From contig JBFIIN010000001.1 of NCBI GenBank assembly GCA_041601225.1, positions 1-33,697 of the forward strand: a DNA stretch of 33,697 nucleotides. Direction: 5' to 3'. The translations under genes were made by a program, and so were the position numbers. The DNA is from Oceanococcus sp. (GTDB lineage: Bacteria > Pseudomonadota > Gammaproteobacteria > Nevskiales > Oceanococcaceae). The notes under the pieces were generated by a model. It searched no databases, was not told the DNA's origin, and was given only the letters and a program-made list of their open reading frames with translations. Shown piece by piece: positions 8,914-18,695 of the stretch (the stretch's first letter is position 1; the number at the start of each line of letters is the position of its first letter).

Positions 8914-9082
8914 GGCTAACAGTCTGTCGGACTTACCATGATCTACTGCGATTTCCGCTCCGCGGTCGCTTGCTACGCGCTTCCTCGTCAAATAGTTCGA
9001 CTATTTCCCTCAGAATCGCCCAGAAATCGTCGCACGGAGCGAAAATCTCGCGACGATCGGGCAAGTCCGACAGACGGCTAAC
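8914..9082. repeat. MITE-like element: 13-bp perfect terminal inverted repeats enclosing about 128 bp of lower-GC sequence, flanked by a 7-bp direct repeat
   Basis: GTCTGTCGGACTT at 8922-8934 and its exact reverse complement AAGTCCGACAGAC at 9063-9075. GGCTAAC lies at 8914-8920 and again at 9076-9082, directly abutting the repeats with one extra base on the left. The right-hand copy contains the purT stop codon (CTA at 9078-9080, which is TAG on the minus strand). Confidence 0.45.
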
Positions 9083-10259
9083 TGCAGATTCTGAGCTTGG
9101 CGCAGGCCCCGCGAGCCTTGGTACGGGCGGCTTCGATATCGTCACCACGAGCCAACGCCACACCCATACGCCGCCGCCCACGGATCTCGGGCTTGCCGAA
9201 CAAGCGAAACTGGGTGCCCGCTTCGCTCAGGGCCGCGGCGAGGCCCGCATAGCCTGGAGCCACACGGTCTCCTTCGACCAGCAATGCGCATGACGCGCAA
9301 GCGCCCAATTGCTGGATCGCCGGAATCGGCAGGCCCAGAATCGCCCGCACATGCAGCGCGAACTGGGATAAATCCTGCGAAACCATGGTGACCATGCCGG
9401 TATCGTGCGGTCGCGGCGAAACTTCGGAAAACCAGACCTCATCGCCCCGCACAAACAGCTCCACGCCGAAAATGCCAGAACCTCCCAGCGCGTCCGTGAT
9501 CGCGCGCGCGATGCGCTGCGCACGCTCCAGCGCCAGCGGACTCATGGGCTGCGGCTGCCAGGATTCGCGGTAATCACCATCGATTTGCAGATGACCTATG
9601 GGCGCGCAAAAGCTTGTGCCTCCGCGGTGGCGCACGGTCAGCAGGGTGATTTCGTAGTCGAAATCCACGAAGCCCTCGACGATGACCCGGCCCTGCCCCG
9701 CGCGGCCGCCGGTTTGCACATAGGCCCAGGCCGGCTCGACCTGGTCCGCGGACTTGACGGTGCTCTGCCCCTTGCCTGACGAGCTCATCACCGGCTTGAC
9801 CACGCAGGGCATGCCCACCGCGGCGATCGCCGCACGATACTCTTCGATCGTGTCTGCGAAGCGGTAGGGCGAGGTCGCCAGCTGCAGGTCTTCCGCCGCC
9901 AGACGTCGAATACCCGCCCGATCCATGGTCAGGAGCGCGGCTCGGGCGGTGGGAATGACCCGCCAGCCTTCGGTCTCAAGCTCTACCAGGGTCGGCGTAT
10001 GGATCGCCTCGATCTCGGGCACGATATAGCTCGGTCGCTCCGACGCAATCAGCTGGCGCAGGGCTGGGCCATCAAGCATGTCGACGATATGGCTGCGGTG
10101 GGCGACCTGCATGGCCGGGGCATCGGCATAGCGATCCACGGCGATCACCTCAATGCCATAACGCTGGGCTTCGATGACCACCTCTTTGCCCAACTCGCCG
10201 GAGCCGAGGAGCAACATGCGGGTGGCGCCCGCGCTTAGTGGGGTGCCAATGACCTTCAT
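9078..10259 (-). CDS. purT: Formate-dependent phosphoribosylglycinamide formyltransferase (GAR transformylase 2)
   Basis: 393 aa. The N-terminus is PurT-like ([53 protein letters not shown]) and an ATP-grasp body follows. Its start overlaps the argH stop in an ATGA arrangement. Confidence 0.9.
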   Translation of the reverse strand: MKVIGTPLSAGATRMLLLGSGELGKEVVIEAQRYGIEVIAVDRYADAPAMQVAHRSHIVDMLDGPALRQLIASERPSYIVPEIEAIHTPTLVELETEGWRVIPTARAALLTMDRAGIRRLAAEDLQLATSPYRFADTIEEYRAAIAAVGMPCVVKPVMSSSGKGQSTVKSADQVEPAWAYVQTGGRAGQGRVIVEGFVDFDYEITLLTVRHRGGTSFCAPIGHLQIDGDYRESWQPQPMSPLALERAQRIARAITDALGGSGIFGVELFVRGDEVWFSEVSPRPHDTGMVTMVSQDLSQFALHVRAILGLPIPAIQQLGACASCALLVEGDRVAPGYAGLAAALSEAGTQFRLFGKPEIRGRRRMGVALARGDDIEAARTKARGACAKLRICS

Positions 10260-11638
10260 GCTTGCAGGCGCAGCCGGGCACGGGCGCAGGCCGCGCGCAC
10301 CTGGGCGGGCGCGGTCCCGCCGATGTGGTCGCGCGCATTCACCGCGCCTTCCAGTGTCAGGGTCGCATACACATCGTCACTCACCGCCGGCGCGTACTGC
10401 TGTAAGTCGGCGAGCGGCAACTCAGCCAAATCGACCGCCCGGGCGGCCGCATGGGCCACGGTCTTGCCCACCATTTCATGGGCATCACGAAAGGGCACTC
10501 CCTTGCGCACCAGGTAGTCGGCGAGTTCCGTCGCGGTCGGATAGCCCTTGCTCGCGGCGGAACGGCAGGCCTCGGGACGAAATTTCAGCTGCGGCAGCAT
10601 CGCCCCCATGATGTGCACCGCAGACAGAGCCGTATCGACGGCATCGAACAGGGGCTCCTTGTCTTCCTGATTGTCGCGGTTATAGGCCAGCGGCTGGGAC
10701 TTCATCAGAGTCAGCAGCGCCAAAAGGTCGCCATACACGCGCCCGGTTTTGCCCCGCGTCAGCTCAGCAACGTCCGGGTTCTTTTTCTGCGGCATGATCG
10801 AGGAGCCGGTGCAGAAACGATCCGGCAACTCCACCAGGCCGAACTGGGGTGAGGCCCAAAGCACCAATTCTTCGCTGATTCGCGAAAAGTGCATCATGAG
10901 GACGCTGGCCGAGGCGCAGAATTCGATGGCGAAATCGCGGTCAGACACGGCATCCAGCGAATTATCGATGAGGTCGGAAAATTCCAGTTCATTGGCGGTC
11001 TGTGCGCGGTCAATCGGATAGCTGGTCCCGGCCAGTGCAGCCGCACCCAGCGGCGAACAATTGGTGCGCGACCGGCAATCTCGGAACCGCGCTGTATCGC
11101 GCCCCAGCATGGCCTCCCAGGCCAGCAGGTGATGGCCGGCGGTTACCGGCTGGGCCGATTGCAAATGAGTGTATCCGGGAAATATGGTCGCGGCTTCGCG
11201 CTCCGCCAGCTCGATGAGCGCCGCCCGTAGTTTCAAGAGGCCACCGTCAAGCTCATCCAGCACCTCGCGCAAATACAGGCGTATATCCGTGGCCACCTGA
11301 TCATTGCGCGAACGTCCGGTGTGAAGCTTCTTGCCAGCGGCACCGATGCGCTGGGTCAACCGCGCTTCGATGTTCATATGCACATCTTCCAGCGCCGGAT
11401 CCCATTCGAAATCGCCGGCTTCGATCTCGGCCTGGATGGCGAGCAGGCCGCGCTCGATGTCAGCCAATTCCTCAGCCTGCAGAACACCGACCTTCGTTAA
11501 CATGCGCGCATGCGCCAAAGAACCACGGATGTCCTGCCGATATAAGCGGCGATCATAGTGGACCGAGGCGGTGTAGCGTTCGACGGCGGCGTCCGTGCCC
11601 TCGGCGAAACGCCCCCCCCAGAGCTTGGCTTTCGACAT
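10256..11638 (-). CDS. argH: Argininosuccinate lyase
   Basis: The N-terminus is [47 protein letters not shown]. The fumarate-lyase signature [12 protein letters not shown] is present. I prefer the ATG at 11638 (460 aa, AAGG 8 nt upstream) over the GTG at 11665 used by the track ORF. Confidence 0.92.
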   Translation of the reverse strand: MSKAKLWGGRFAEGTDAAVERYTASVHYDRRLYRQDIRGSLAHARMLTKVGVLQAEELADIERGLLAIQAEIEAGDFEWDPALEDVHMNIEARLTQRIGAAGKKLHTGRSRNDQVATDIRLYLREVLDELDGGLLKLRAALIELAEREAATIFPGYTHLQSAQPVTAGHHLLAWEAMLGRDTARFRDCRSRTNCSPLGAAALAGTSYPIDRAQTANELEFSDLIDNSLDAVSDRDFAIEFCASASVLMMHFSRISEELVLWASPQFGLVELPDRFCTGSSIMPQKKNPDVAELTRGKTGRVYGDLLALLTLMKSQPLAYNRDNQEDKEPLFDAVDTALSAVHIMGAMLPQLKFRPEACRSAASKGYPTATELADYLVRKGVPFRDAHEMVGKTVAHAAARAVDLAELPLADLQQYAPAVSDDVYATLTLEGAVNARDHIGGTAPAQVRAACARARLRLQA

Positions 11639-11713
11639 GCTTGATACCTTAGAGATTGTTGACACACCCAGTGGGGCGGCGAATATAGCAAACGACCCTC
11701 ACCCGCGAGCGAC

Positions 11714-12751
11714 ATGACCCGACAGCACGAAGTCACAGGCGGCAGCTTTATCCCCGACCTCTGTCGGGGCCGGGCCCTGTTCCCTCTGCTGGTCATCAGC
11801 CAACTGGTGGCCATCGTGCTCGTCATGGCCGCCCCGGTCGGACAGACCTCGCTGATCGCACGCCTGGTTCTGGTCTCGCTCTATCTGCACTGGATCAGTC
11901 TGTCCAGTGCTGCGGTGCTGTGCTTCCTGCGCCACCACTTCGCGGGGCTGCCCGTCGTCACCGTATCGCTGCTCTGTTACATCGTGCTGCTGGCCGTCAC
12001 CTTGGCAATCAGCGAGGCGGCGTTCTGGGTGGGCTACTGGATGCGCTGGCCGGATTTTCACGGCCAGGTGGCTCATACCATGTTTATCCTGCGCAATGTG
12101 ATGATCTGCGCCATCGTCGCCGCCCTGGTGCTGCGCTATTTTTACGTGATGGATGCCTGGCAGCGCCAGGTGCAGGCCTTGGCCAATGCGCGCTATCAGG
12201 CGTTGCAGGCCCGCATCCGGCCGCACTTTCTGTTCAACAGCCTGAACAGTATCGCCGCGCTGATTCCCATCCGCCCCGATGATGCCGAGCGTCTGGTCGA
12301 GGATCTGGCCGATGTATTTCGCGCCATACTCGGCGCCAAGCAGGCGCTGGGCAACCTGGAACGAGAATTGCAGCTGACCCGCAGCTATTTGGACATTGAG
12401 CAACTGCGTTTGGCCGACCGCTTACGGGTGATTTGGGATATTCCTGACGATCTGCTTGATTGCCAGTTGCCGCTGCTCAGCCTGCAACCTTTGGTGGAGA
12501 ACGCGATCTATCACGGAATCGAACTGCTGCCAGCCGGCGGCAGCGTAACAATTCGCGGACGACGGGATGCTAAAGTGCTGCGCTTGGAGGTTCGCAATCC
12601 GATTCCTGAACAGGGCCGCGGTCAAGGCTCACGCAGCGCCCAGGAGAATATTCGCCAGCGACTGCGCCTGCTGTTCGATGACCGCGCCGGTTTGGTGACG
12701 CAGCGCGACGGCTCAGAGTACAGCGCGGTAATGGAGGTACCCCTCTCATGA
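11714..12751 (+). CDS. algZ: LytS/YehU-type sensor histidine kinase AlgZ/FimS
   Basis: 345 aa. The N-terminal FIPDLCRG is followed by 4 TM helices. The His_kinase (PF06580-type) motif RIRPHFLFNSLNSIAALI and the ATPase region LSLQPLVENAIYHGI are present. Its position between argH and algR matches Pseudomonas synteny. Confidence 0.85.
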   Translation: MTRQHEVTGGSFIPDLCRGRALFPLLVISQLVAIVLVMAAPVGQTSLIARLVLVSLYLHWISLSSAAVLCFLRHHFAGLPVVTVSLLCYIVLLAVTLAISEAAFWVGYWMRWPDFHGQVAHTMFILRNVMICAIVAALVLRYFYVMDAWQRQVQALANARYQALQARIRPHFLFNSLNSIAALIPIRPDDAERLVEDLADVFRAILGAKQALGNLERELQLTRSYLDIEQLRLADRLRVIWDIPDDLLDCQLPLLSLQPLVENAIYHGIELLPAGGSVTIRGRRDAKVLRLEVRNPIPEQGRGQGSRSAQENIRQRLRLLFDDRAGLVTQRDGSEYSAVMEVPLS

Positions 12752-12809
12752 CCCAGCCTGACAGGACAAGGTGGCTCACCAGCCGCATGCACCGGCAAGG
12801 AATCCCGGC

Positions 12810-13556
12810 ATGAAGCTCGTCATTGTTGATGATGAGCATTTGGCCCGCGAACGCCTGCGCGGCCTGCTGGACGAGTTCCCCGGCTGGGAACTGGTGGGCG
12901 AGGCCGGTGACGGCCGGGCCGCACTGGATCTCATCGATCGTGAACAGCCTGACTTGGTATTGCTGGATATACGCATGCCCGGAATGGATGGATTGCAGGT
13001 CGCCCGCGCTCTGGCCCAGGCTGAAGTCTCCCCGGCGATCATCTTTACCACGGCCTTTTCCGAGCATGCCCTGTCCGCATTCGACACGCTCGCCTCGAGC
13101 TTTCTGCTCAAGCCCATCAAGCGTGAAAAATTGCGCGAGGCCCTGCTCAAGGCGCGGCGGCCGACCCGCACCCAGCTGGAATCTTTCGCCAAGGCCACCC
13201 AGAACCACGAAGACAAGCGTCAATACATCGTCGCGACGACTCGCGACGGGCAAATCCGGATTCCGATCAACGACGTGGTGTATTTTTACGCCGACCAGAA
13301 GTACACCACGGTATATCACCTGCATGGCGAAGTGCTGATCGAAGAGTCCCTGCGCCATCTGGAAGATGATCTCCGCCCGCATTTCCTGCGGATTCATCGC
13401 AAAGCGCTGGTCAATCGCGATTACATCGTTGGTCTGGAACGAGCCGATGAACAAAGCGCCCTGCTGACCATGCGACATAGCGACGTCAAACTTTCGGTCA
13501 GCCGGCGCCGCCTGGCCGAAGTTCGACGCGAATTGTTCAAAGAGCCCAAAGCCTGA
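12810..13556 (+). CDS. algR: LytTR-family response regulator AlgR
   Basis: 248 aa from the ATG at 12810 ([20 protein letters not shown]). The receiver domain has [14 protein letters not shown] and the C-terminal region is a LytTR DNA-binding domain ([13 protein letters not shown]...[11 protein letters not shown]). The length equals that of P. aeruginosa AlgR as I recall it. Confidence 0.88.
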   Translation: MKLVIVDDEHLARERLRGLLDEFPGWELVGEAGDGRAALDLIDREQPDLVLLDIRMPGMDGLQVARALAQAEVSPAIIFTTAFSEHALSAFDTLASSFLLKPIKREKLREALLKARRPTRTQLESFAKATQNHEDKRQYIVATTRDGQIRIPINDVVYFYADQKYTTVYHLHGEVLIEESLRHLEDDLRPHFLRIHRKALVNRDYIVGLERADEQSALLTMRHSDVKLSVSRRRLAEVRRELFKEPKA

Positions 13557-13557
13557 A

Positions 13558-14478
13558 ATGACTGAATTACGTATTGCCACGCGCCGCAGCCCGCTGGCGC
13601 TGTGGCAAGCCGAGCATGTAGCCCACCGCCTGAGCCGCCTCTTTCCCGATTTGTGCGTGGAACTGCTGCCCATGACAACGCAGGGCGATCAGCTGCTGGA
13701 ATCGCCATTGGCCAAGATCGGTGGCAAGGGCCTGTTCGTCAAGGAACTGGAGCATGCCCTGCTGGACGGCCGGGCCGATATCGCCGTGCACTCCATGAAG
13801 GACGTTCCGGCGCATTTCCCGGAAGGCCTGGGGCTGGGTGCGATTTTGCTGCGTGAGGACCCCCGCGACGCCCTGCTCGGCACCACCAGCCTGGCGGACC
13901 TGGCGCCGGGCGCGCGGGTCGGCACGGCCAGCCTGCGCCGCCAGCTACAGCTGCTCGCCACGCGCCCCGACCTCAGAATCGGCCTGTTGCGCGGCAATGT
14001 GCAGACCCGCCTGCGCAAGCTGGATGACGGTGAGTTTGACGCCATCGTGCTGGCTGCCGCCGGCCTTAAACGGCTGGATATGGCTCAGCGCATCGATGCC
14101 GAGCTGACGGCCGAACAGATGTTGCCGGCCGTGGGGCAGGGTGCGCTGGGCATCGAATGCCGACTGGCCGATGCGCAGACCCAAGCGCGGCTGAGCGCCC
14201 TGCACCACGAACCTAGTGCAACCCGATTGGCCGCGGAGCGGGCCTTCGCGGCCGAACTCGGGGGCAGTTGCCAACTGCCGATCGCCGGCTATGCCGAGTT
14301 GCTGGATGATCGCCGGCTGCGCCTGCGCGGCCTGATCGGCATGCCCGACGGCAGCCGCGTCGTGCGGGTGGAGGTTCAGGGGGAACCGCGCGTTGCGCAA
14401 AAATTGGGGCGCGATTTGGCGCGCACCGCGCGGGCCCAAGGCGGCAACGAAATCCTGGCGGAACTGGGCCTGGCCTGA
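13558..14478 (+). CDS. hemC: Hydroxymethylbilane synthase (porphobilinogen deaminase)
   Basis: 306 aa. Characteristic HemC sequences are present: [57 protein letters not shown] and the cofactor Cys in GGSCQLPI. Confidence 0.93.
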   Translation: MTELRIATRRSPLALWQAEHVAHRLSRLFPDLCVELLPMTTQGDQLLESPLAKIGGKGLFVKELEHALLDGRADIAVHSMKDVPAHFPEGLGLGAILLREDPRDALLGTTSLADLAPGARVGTASLRRQLQLLATRPDLRIGLLRGNVQTRLRKLDDGEFDAIVLAAAGLKRLDMAQRIDAELTAEQMLPAVGQGALGIECRLADAQTQARLSALHHEPSATRLAAERAFAAELGGSCQLPIAGYAELLDDRRLRLRGLIGMPDGSRVVRVEVQGEPRVAQKLGRDLARTARAQGGNEILAELGLA

Positions 14479-14516
14479 TCGGCGGCACAAAGCCGAGATC
14501 GCGACAGAGCCAACCT

Positions 14517-15302
14517 GTGAATGCACCCGAATCCGGTTTGAGGCGAGATCGCAAAGTGCGGGTATTACTGACCCGACCACCACAGACCGCAGCGGACATG
14601 CAGGTCGAGCTGAGTCGGGCAGGTGTCAGCGTTGAGACCTTGCCACTCATCGAAACCGTGGCGCTTTCCGCCGCAGGCGTGTCGCACCGGCTCCGTGCCG
14701 CCGCGGAATTCGACGTGGCGGTCTTCTGTTCGCCAGCGGCGGTCCGGTTCGCCAGCGCGGCGCATCCGCAATCCTGGCCCCGTGAGCTGGCCGCCGTTGG
14801 CCCAGGCACGGCGGCAGCCCTGACCCGCGCCGGCCTCGCCCCTGGCTGTTGGCCGGTCGCTCAGACCGGTGGCCAGGCGCTGCTGGATTTGCCGGGCTGG
14901 CAGGACCTCAGGCGACGGCGGATTCTGTTGATCACCGGTATTGGCGGGCGGCGGCATCTAGCCACGCAACTGCGCCGCCGCGGCGCAGCGCTCACCCGCG
15001 TCTGTGTTTACCGCCGTCAACCGCTTGCTGTCAGCGCCGCCACGTTCCGCGCCGTGGTTGCCCGGCGGCCCGTGGTCGTTCTGGGCAGCGCGGCAATCTG
15101 GGAACGCTGGTCCGAGCTGTCTGTCGAGCATCGCTGCCCGGCCGCCCTGGATTTACAACTGGTTGCAGCCAGCGACCGTGTGGTACAACTGGCCGCCAGA
15201 CAGGGGCTGCGGCGACCACCCTGGGTACCAGCCAGCATGACTGGGTCCGGATTGATTGCCTTGCTGCAAGCCCACGGTTTATTGGATCGACGAAAATCAT
15301 GA
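14517..15302 (+). CDS. hemD: Uroporphyrinogen-III synthase
   Basis: About 261 aa. It opens with VLLTRP, has Ala/Arg-rich HemD-like repeats, and lies between hemC and hemX. The start is uncertain (GTG at 14517 or GTG at 14556). Its stop overlaps the hemX start (ATGA). Confidence 0.75.
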   Translation: MNAPESGLRRDRKVRVLLTRPPQTAADMQVELSRAGVSVETLPLIETVALSAAGVSHRLRAAAEFDVAVFCSPAAVRFASAAHPQSWPRELAAVGPGTAAALTRAGLAPGCWPVAQTGGQALLDLPGWQDLRRRRILLITGIGGRRHLATQLRRRGAALTRVCVYRRQPLAVSAATFRAVVARRPVVVLGSAAIWERWSELSVEHRCPAALDLQLVAASDRVVQLAARQGLRRPPWVPASMTGSGLIALLQAHGLLDRRKS

Positions 15303-16465
15303 GCGCGGAAGACCAACCCAGCGACCCAGCCACGGATTTGCCAGCTGCCCAGGCGGGCGGAGTCGAGCAGGCCGACACCGGCGAAAGGCCCACGGCGGAC
15401 GATGAGTTCATTGCCGAAGTGGTGCCGCCCCGTGACAAGGCGGCACGCCGTCTGGCCGGCACGGCCTTGTGGCTGGCGTTGATGGGCGTAATCGCAGCCG
15501 GCGGCCTGGGCATCGGCGCCTGGTTGCGCAATCAGCAGTTGCTGGACCAGGAAGCGGCCGTCAACGAGCGGCTGAGCGCCGATACGCGCCGGTCTTCGGC
15601 GCTGCGCGAGGATTTCGGCAATCTGGACTCGCGTATGCAGAGCCTCGGGTCCAGGGCTGAACAAGCGGATGCCGAATTGCGTCGGGTCCAGCTCAATGTG
15701 GCCAGCCTGGGCACCCGCCAGGATGAGGCCGAAGCCGCGCTCAGCCGCCTGTCCAAACTGATCCAGGGCGGACGCGAGGTGTGGCAGTTGGGCGAAATTG
15801 AACATTTGCTGCTGGTCGCCAACGACCGCGTCCAGTTGCAGGCCGACGCGGACGGCGCAATTCGCGCGCTGCTCGTCGCCGACCAACGGACCGCCCAGCT
15901 CGGTGATCCACAGCTATTCCCCGTGCGCGAAGAAATTGCACGCGAACTCAACGCTTTGCGCGCCACCCCGCGAATCGACATTCAGGCCCTGGCGCTGCGG
16001 CTGGGCAGTCTCGCCGAGGGCGTCTCGAACCTGCGCTTGCAGTCGGCCCCCAACCCCGAATTCAGGGCCCGCCGTGAACAGCGGTCCGTACCGGACTCCG
16101 CCGCGGCCTGGGATAAGCTGCTGGGTTCGGTACAGGACGCCTTTTTCTCACTGCTCACCGTGCGGCGCGATGAAGCGCGCCACGAGCCGTTGATGGCGCC
16201 GGATCAGGAGTACTATCTGTATCAGAATTTGCGGCTCCAGATCGAGGCCGCGCGGGTGGCGGTCCTGCGCCGCGACACCGCCAATTTTCGCGCCTCGTTG
16301 CGCAGCGCGGAGTCCTGGCTGCTGCGCTACTTCGCCAGCGACAAACCCGCGGTCAAGGCCGCGCTGGCAACCGTGACCGAGCTACAAAGCCAGGAGCTCA
16401 ATCCCACGCTTCCCGATTTGTCCGGCAGCCTGCAAGCGCTGCGTACGGTGCTGGAATCCGAATGA
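15299..16465 (+). CDS. hemX: HemX (heme biosynthesis operon membrane protein, often annotated uroporphyrinogen-III C-methyltransferase)
   Basis: 388 aa from the ATG at 15299. It has an acidic N-terminus, a single TM helix (ALWLALMGVIAAGGLGIGAWL), then a coiled-coil-like periplasmic region. The position matches hemCDXY synteny. The 150-codon upstream extension in the track overlaps hemD and is rejected. Confidence 0.8.
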   Translation: MSAEDQPSDPATDLPAAQAGGVEQADTGERPTADDEFIAEVVPPRDKAARRLAGTALWLALMGVIAAGGLGIGAWLRNQQLLDQEAAVNERLSADTRRSSALREDFGNLDSRMQSLGSRAEQADAELRRVQLNVASLGTRQDEAEAALSRLSKLIQGGREVWQLGEIEHLLLVANDRVQLQADADGAIRALLVADQRTAQLGDPQLFPVREEIARELNALRATPRIDIQALALRLGSLAEGVSNLRLQSAPNPEFRARREQRSVPDSAAAWDKLLGSVQDAFFSLLTVRRDEARHEPLMAPDQEYYLYQNLRLQIEAARVAVLRRDTANFRASLRSAESWLLRYFASDKPAVKAALATVTELQSQELNPTLPDLSGSLQALRTVLESE

Positions 16466-17691
16466 TCCGCTGGCTGCTCATCATCTTGCTGACCTTGGCG
16501 GTCGGCGCCGCGACCGCCGTCATGCTGCGCGAAGATCCCGGCTACGTGCTCATTCACATCGCCGGCTACAGCGTGGAGACCACCCTGGCTGCGCTGATTG
16601 GGCTGACCGTGCTCGGGCTGGGATCGCTGGTCCTGGCGTGGCGCGTGTTGCTGGGGGGCGTGGCCTTGCCCGGCCGGGTCGCGGCCTATCTGCGCAGTCG
16701 GCGAAACGCGCGCGCACAGACACAGTTCCGCTCGGGGCTGGTGCATCTGGCCGCAGCCGACTGGAAAAAAGCGGAAATTGAGCTGGTCCGGCGTGCGTCC
16801 GATCAGCGGGATTCATCGGCGAATTATCTGTTTGCTGCCATGGCCGCCCATGGCCAGGGTGCGATCGAGCGCCGCGACAGTTATCTGGAGCAGGCCGGAG
16901 AACAGACCCATGCCGCGCCGGCCGTGCTGATGCAGCGTGCACAGATGCTGAGTGAGGAAGGGCGATCCGCGGATGCGCTGGTGGTCCTGGATCAGCTGGC
17001 CGGACAGGTGCAGCGCCATGCGCCCGCACTTGAGCTGCGTCTGCAGTTACTGGAGCGCGAGCAGAACTGGTCGGCCTTGAGCAGCGCGCTGGCCGACGCC
17101 AAAGGCCTGATTGCCGAGGATCGATTAGTCAAACTCAGCCGCCATACATTGCGCCACGCCCTGGAGGAAGCCGGCCGCAACGGACGCCTCGAAGTCCTGC
17201 GAGCCACCTGGAATGCCGCCCCAAAGATTTTGCGCAGCGTGCCCGAACTGCTGGCGGTCTACGCCATCCAGCTCCATGCCACCAATGCGGACGCCGAAGG
17301 CCTGCGCCTGATCGCCAAGCAGCTCAAACAGGAATGGAGCCCGGAACTCGCCCTGGTTTATGGCAACCTGCATGCTGGCGATGTCGTCAGTCAGCTCGCC
17401 ACCGTCGAGGATTGGATCAAGCGCTACGGGGAAAAGCCCGAGCTGCTCCTTACTGCAGGCCGCCTGTGCCTGCGCAATCGTTTGTGGGGGCGGGCCCGGA
17501 GTTACTTTGAAGCAGGATTGCGACTCAGGCCTTCCGCCGAGTTCGAACTGGAATTGGGCCGGCTGGCCCTGCAAAGTGACGACACCGCCAGTGCCCTGAA
17601 CTATTTCCGCAGCGGGCTGGAACGCGTAACCGATACCGCCGTCGGGACCACTCAGGAGGCGCTCGCCCCGCCCCAGGTTGCGAAGGCATAG
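16462..17691 (+). CDS. hemY: HemY (protoheme IX biogenesis protein, TPR-containing membrane protein)
   Basis: 409 aa. It has two N-terminal TM helices (IRWLLIILLTLAVGAATAVML, LAALIGLTVLGLGSLVLAW) and TPR-like C-terminal repeats. An ATGA overlap with hemX is present and the position matches the conserved synteny. Confidence 0.85.
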   Translation: MIRWLLIILLTLAVGAATAVMLREDPGYVLIHIAGYSVETTLAALIGLTVLGLGSLVLAWRVLLGGVALPGRVAAYLRSRRNARAQTQFRSGLVHLAAADWKKAEIELVRRASDQRDSSANYLFAAMAAHGQGAIERRDSYLEQAGEQTHAAPAVLMQRAQMLSEEGRSADALVVLDQLAGQVQRHAPALELRLQLLEREQNWSALSSALADAKGLIAEDRLVKLSRHTLRHALEEAGRNGRLEVLRATWNAAPKILRSVPELLAVYAIQLHATNADAEGLRLIAKQLKQEWSPELALVYGNLHAGDVVSQLATVEDWIKRYGEKPELLLTAGRLCLRNRLWGRARSYFEAGLRLRPSAEFELELGRLALQSDDTASALNYFRSGLERVTDTAVGTTQEALAPPQVAKA

Positions 17692-18674
17692 TCGAAAGAG
17701 TCGTAGTAAAGCCGCTCCGGATCCAGACCCTGCGCGAAAAAACTTCGCTTGCCCGCCTGAATCATGGCCGGTGGGCCGCTCATATAGACGTCATGCCCAC
17801 TCAGGTCCGGGTAGTCCGCCGCTACAACAGAGTGGACCAGGCCAGTCGCCCCATTCCACGCGCCGTCAGGGCCCGGCTCAGAGAGAACCGGGGTGTAGCG
17901 TAATGAGCCGCCCTGAACCCGCTGCCTGACCCAGTCATGCAAATAGAGATCCGGACGGCTGCGTGCGCCCCAGTACAGATGCAAGTCGCGACGCGCACCC
18001 AGCTCCGACTCAATCATCGCCTTGAGCGGCGCTAACCCCGTGCCGCCGGCGACCAGTATGGCCGGCCCCGCATGGTCGCGCAGGAAAAACGAACCCAGCG
18101 GGGCCTCAAAACGCAACAAACTGCGCTCTTGCAACTGAGCAAAGGCAAAGGGGGTAAAGCGGCCATCCGCGACCAGGCGCAAGTGCAGCTCGATACGACC
18201 GTCCGCCCTCGGCGCGTTCGCGATGGAGAAACTGCGGCGCCCGCCCCCCTTGAGCAGGATATCCAGATACTGGCCCGGCAAGTAGTCCAGGCGTTCGGTA
18301 CGCGGCAACTCCAATACCAGTTCCAGCACGTCCGTCGTGAGCTTGCGCCGGCTGACGATCCGCGCGGGCAGGGTTCGCAGAGTCTGACCCGCCACAGCGC
18401 AGCGATCCGCCATTTGCAGCCGCAACTTGCTGCGCGCCTGAGCCTGGCAAAGCAGCACCAGCCCGGCGGCGGACTCCATCTCGCTCAGAGCCTGTGGCGG
18501 ATCAGGGTACTCGAGTTGCCCGTCGAGCAGCCGCGCCCGGCAGGCGCCGCAGCTGCCGTTACGACAGCCAAACGGCAAATGCATGCCGGCCCGCTCGGCA
18601 GCCGTCAACAAGGATTCGTCCGCGGCCGCGGTAAATTGCTGACCTTCAGGCAGAATATCAACTGTATATGGCAT
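17652..18674 (-). CDS. 2Fe-2S ferredoxin / FAD / NAD(P)H oxidoreductase (CDP-6-deoxy-delta-3,4-glucoseen reductase-like, Fre/FNR family)
   Basis: 340 aa. It has an N-terminal plant-type ferredoxin Cys cluster (CRNGSCGACRARLLDG...LLC), the flavin motif RSFSIAN and the NAD motif VAGGTGLAPLKAM. Confidence 0.85.
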   Translation of the reverse strand: MPYTVDILPEGQQFTAAADESLLTAAERAGMHLPFGCRNGSCGACRARLLDGQLEYPDPPQALSEMESAAGLVLLCQAQARSKLRLQMADRCAVAGQTLRTLPARIVSRRKLTTDVLELVLELPRTERLDYLPGQYLDILLKGGGRRSFSIANAPRADGRIELHLRLVADGRFTPFAFAQLQERSLLRFEAPLGSFFLRDHAGPAILVAGGTGLAPLKAMIESELGARRDLHLYWGARSRPDLYLHDWVRQRVQGGSLRYTPVLSEPGPDGAWNGATGLVHSVVAADYPDLSGHDVYMSGPPAMIQAGKRSFFAQGLDPERLYYDSFDYAFATWGGASAS

Positions 18675-18695
18675 CCAGGCAATCCGATAAATTCT

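Noticed and set aside
8933-9181. 82-aa minus-strand ORF whose C-terminal part (DDFWAILREIVELFDEEA...) lies inside the MITE-like element
   Set aside because: Its only ATG lies inside purT in another frame. No RBS or credible internal start is present other than a TTG that would give about 43 aa. It is kept only as a comment under the repeat finding.
12570-13673. 367-aa minus-strand ORF antisense to the algZ end, algR and the hemC start
   Set aside because: It spans two well-supported genes and an intergenic spacer on the other strand. The sequence is low-complexity and not protein-like, so this is a shadow ORF.
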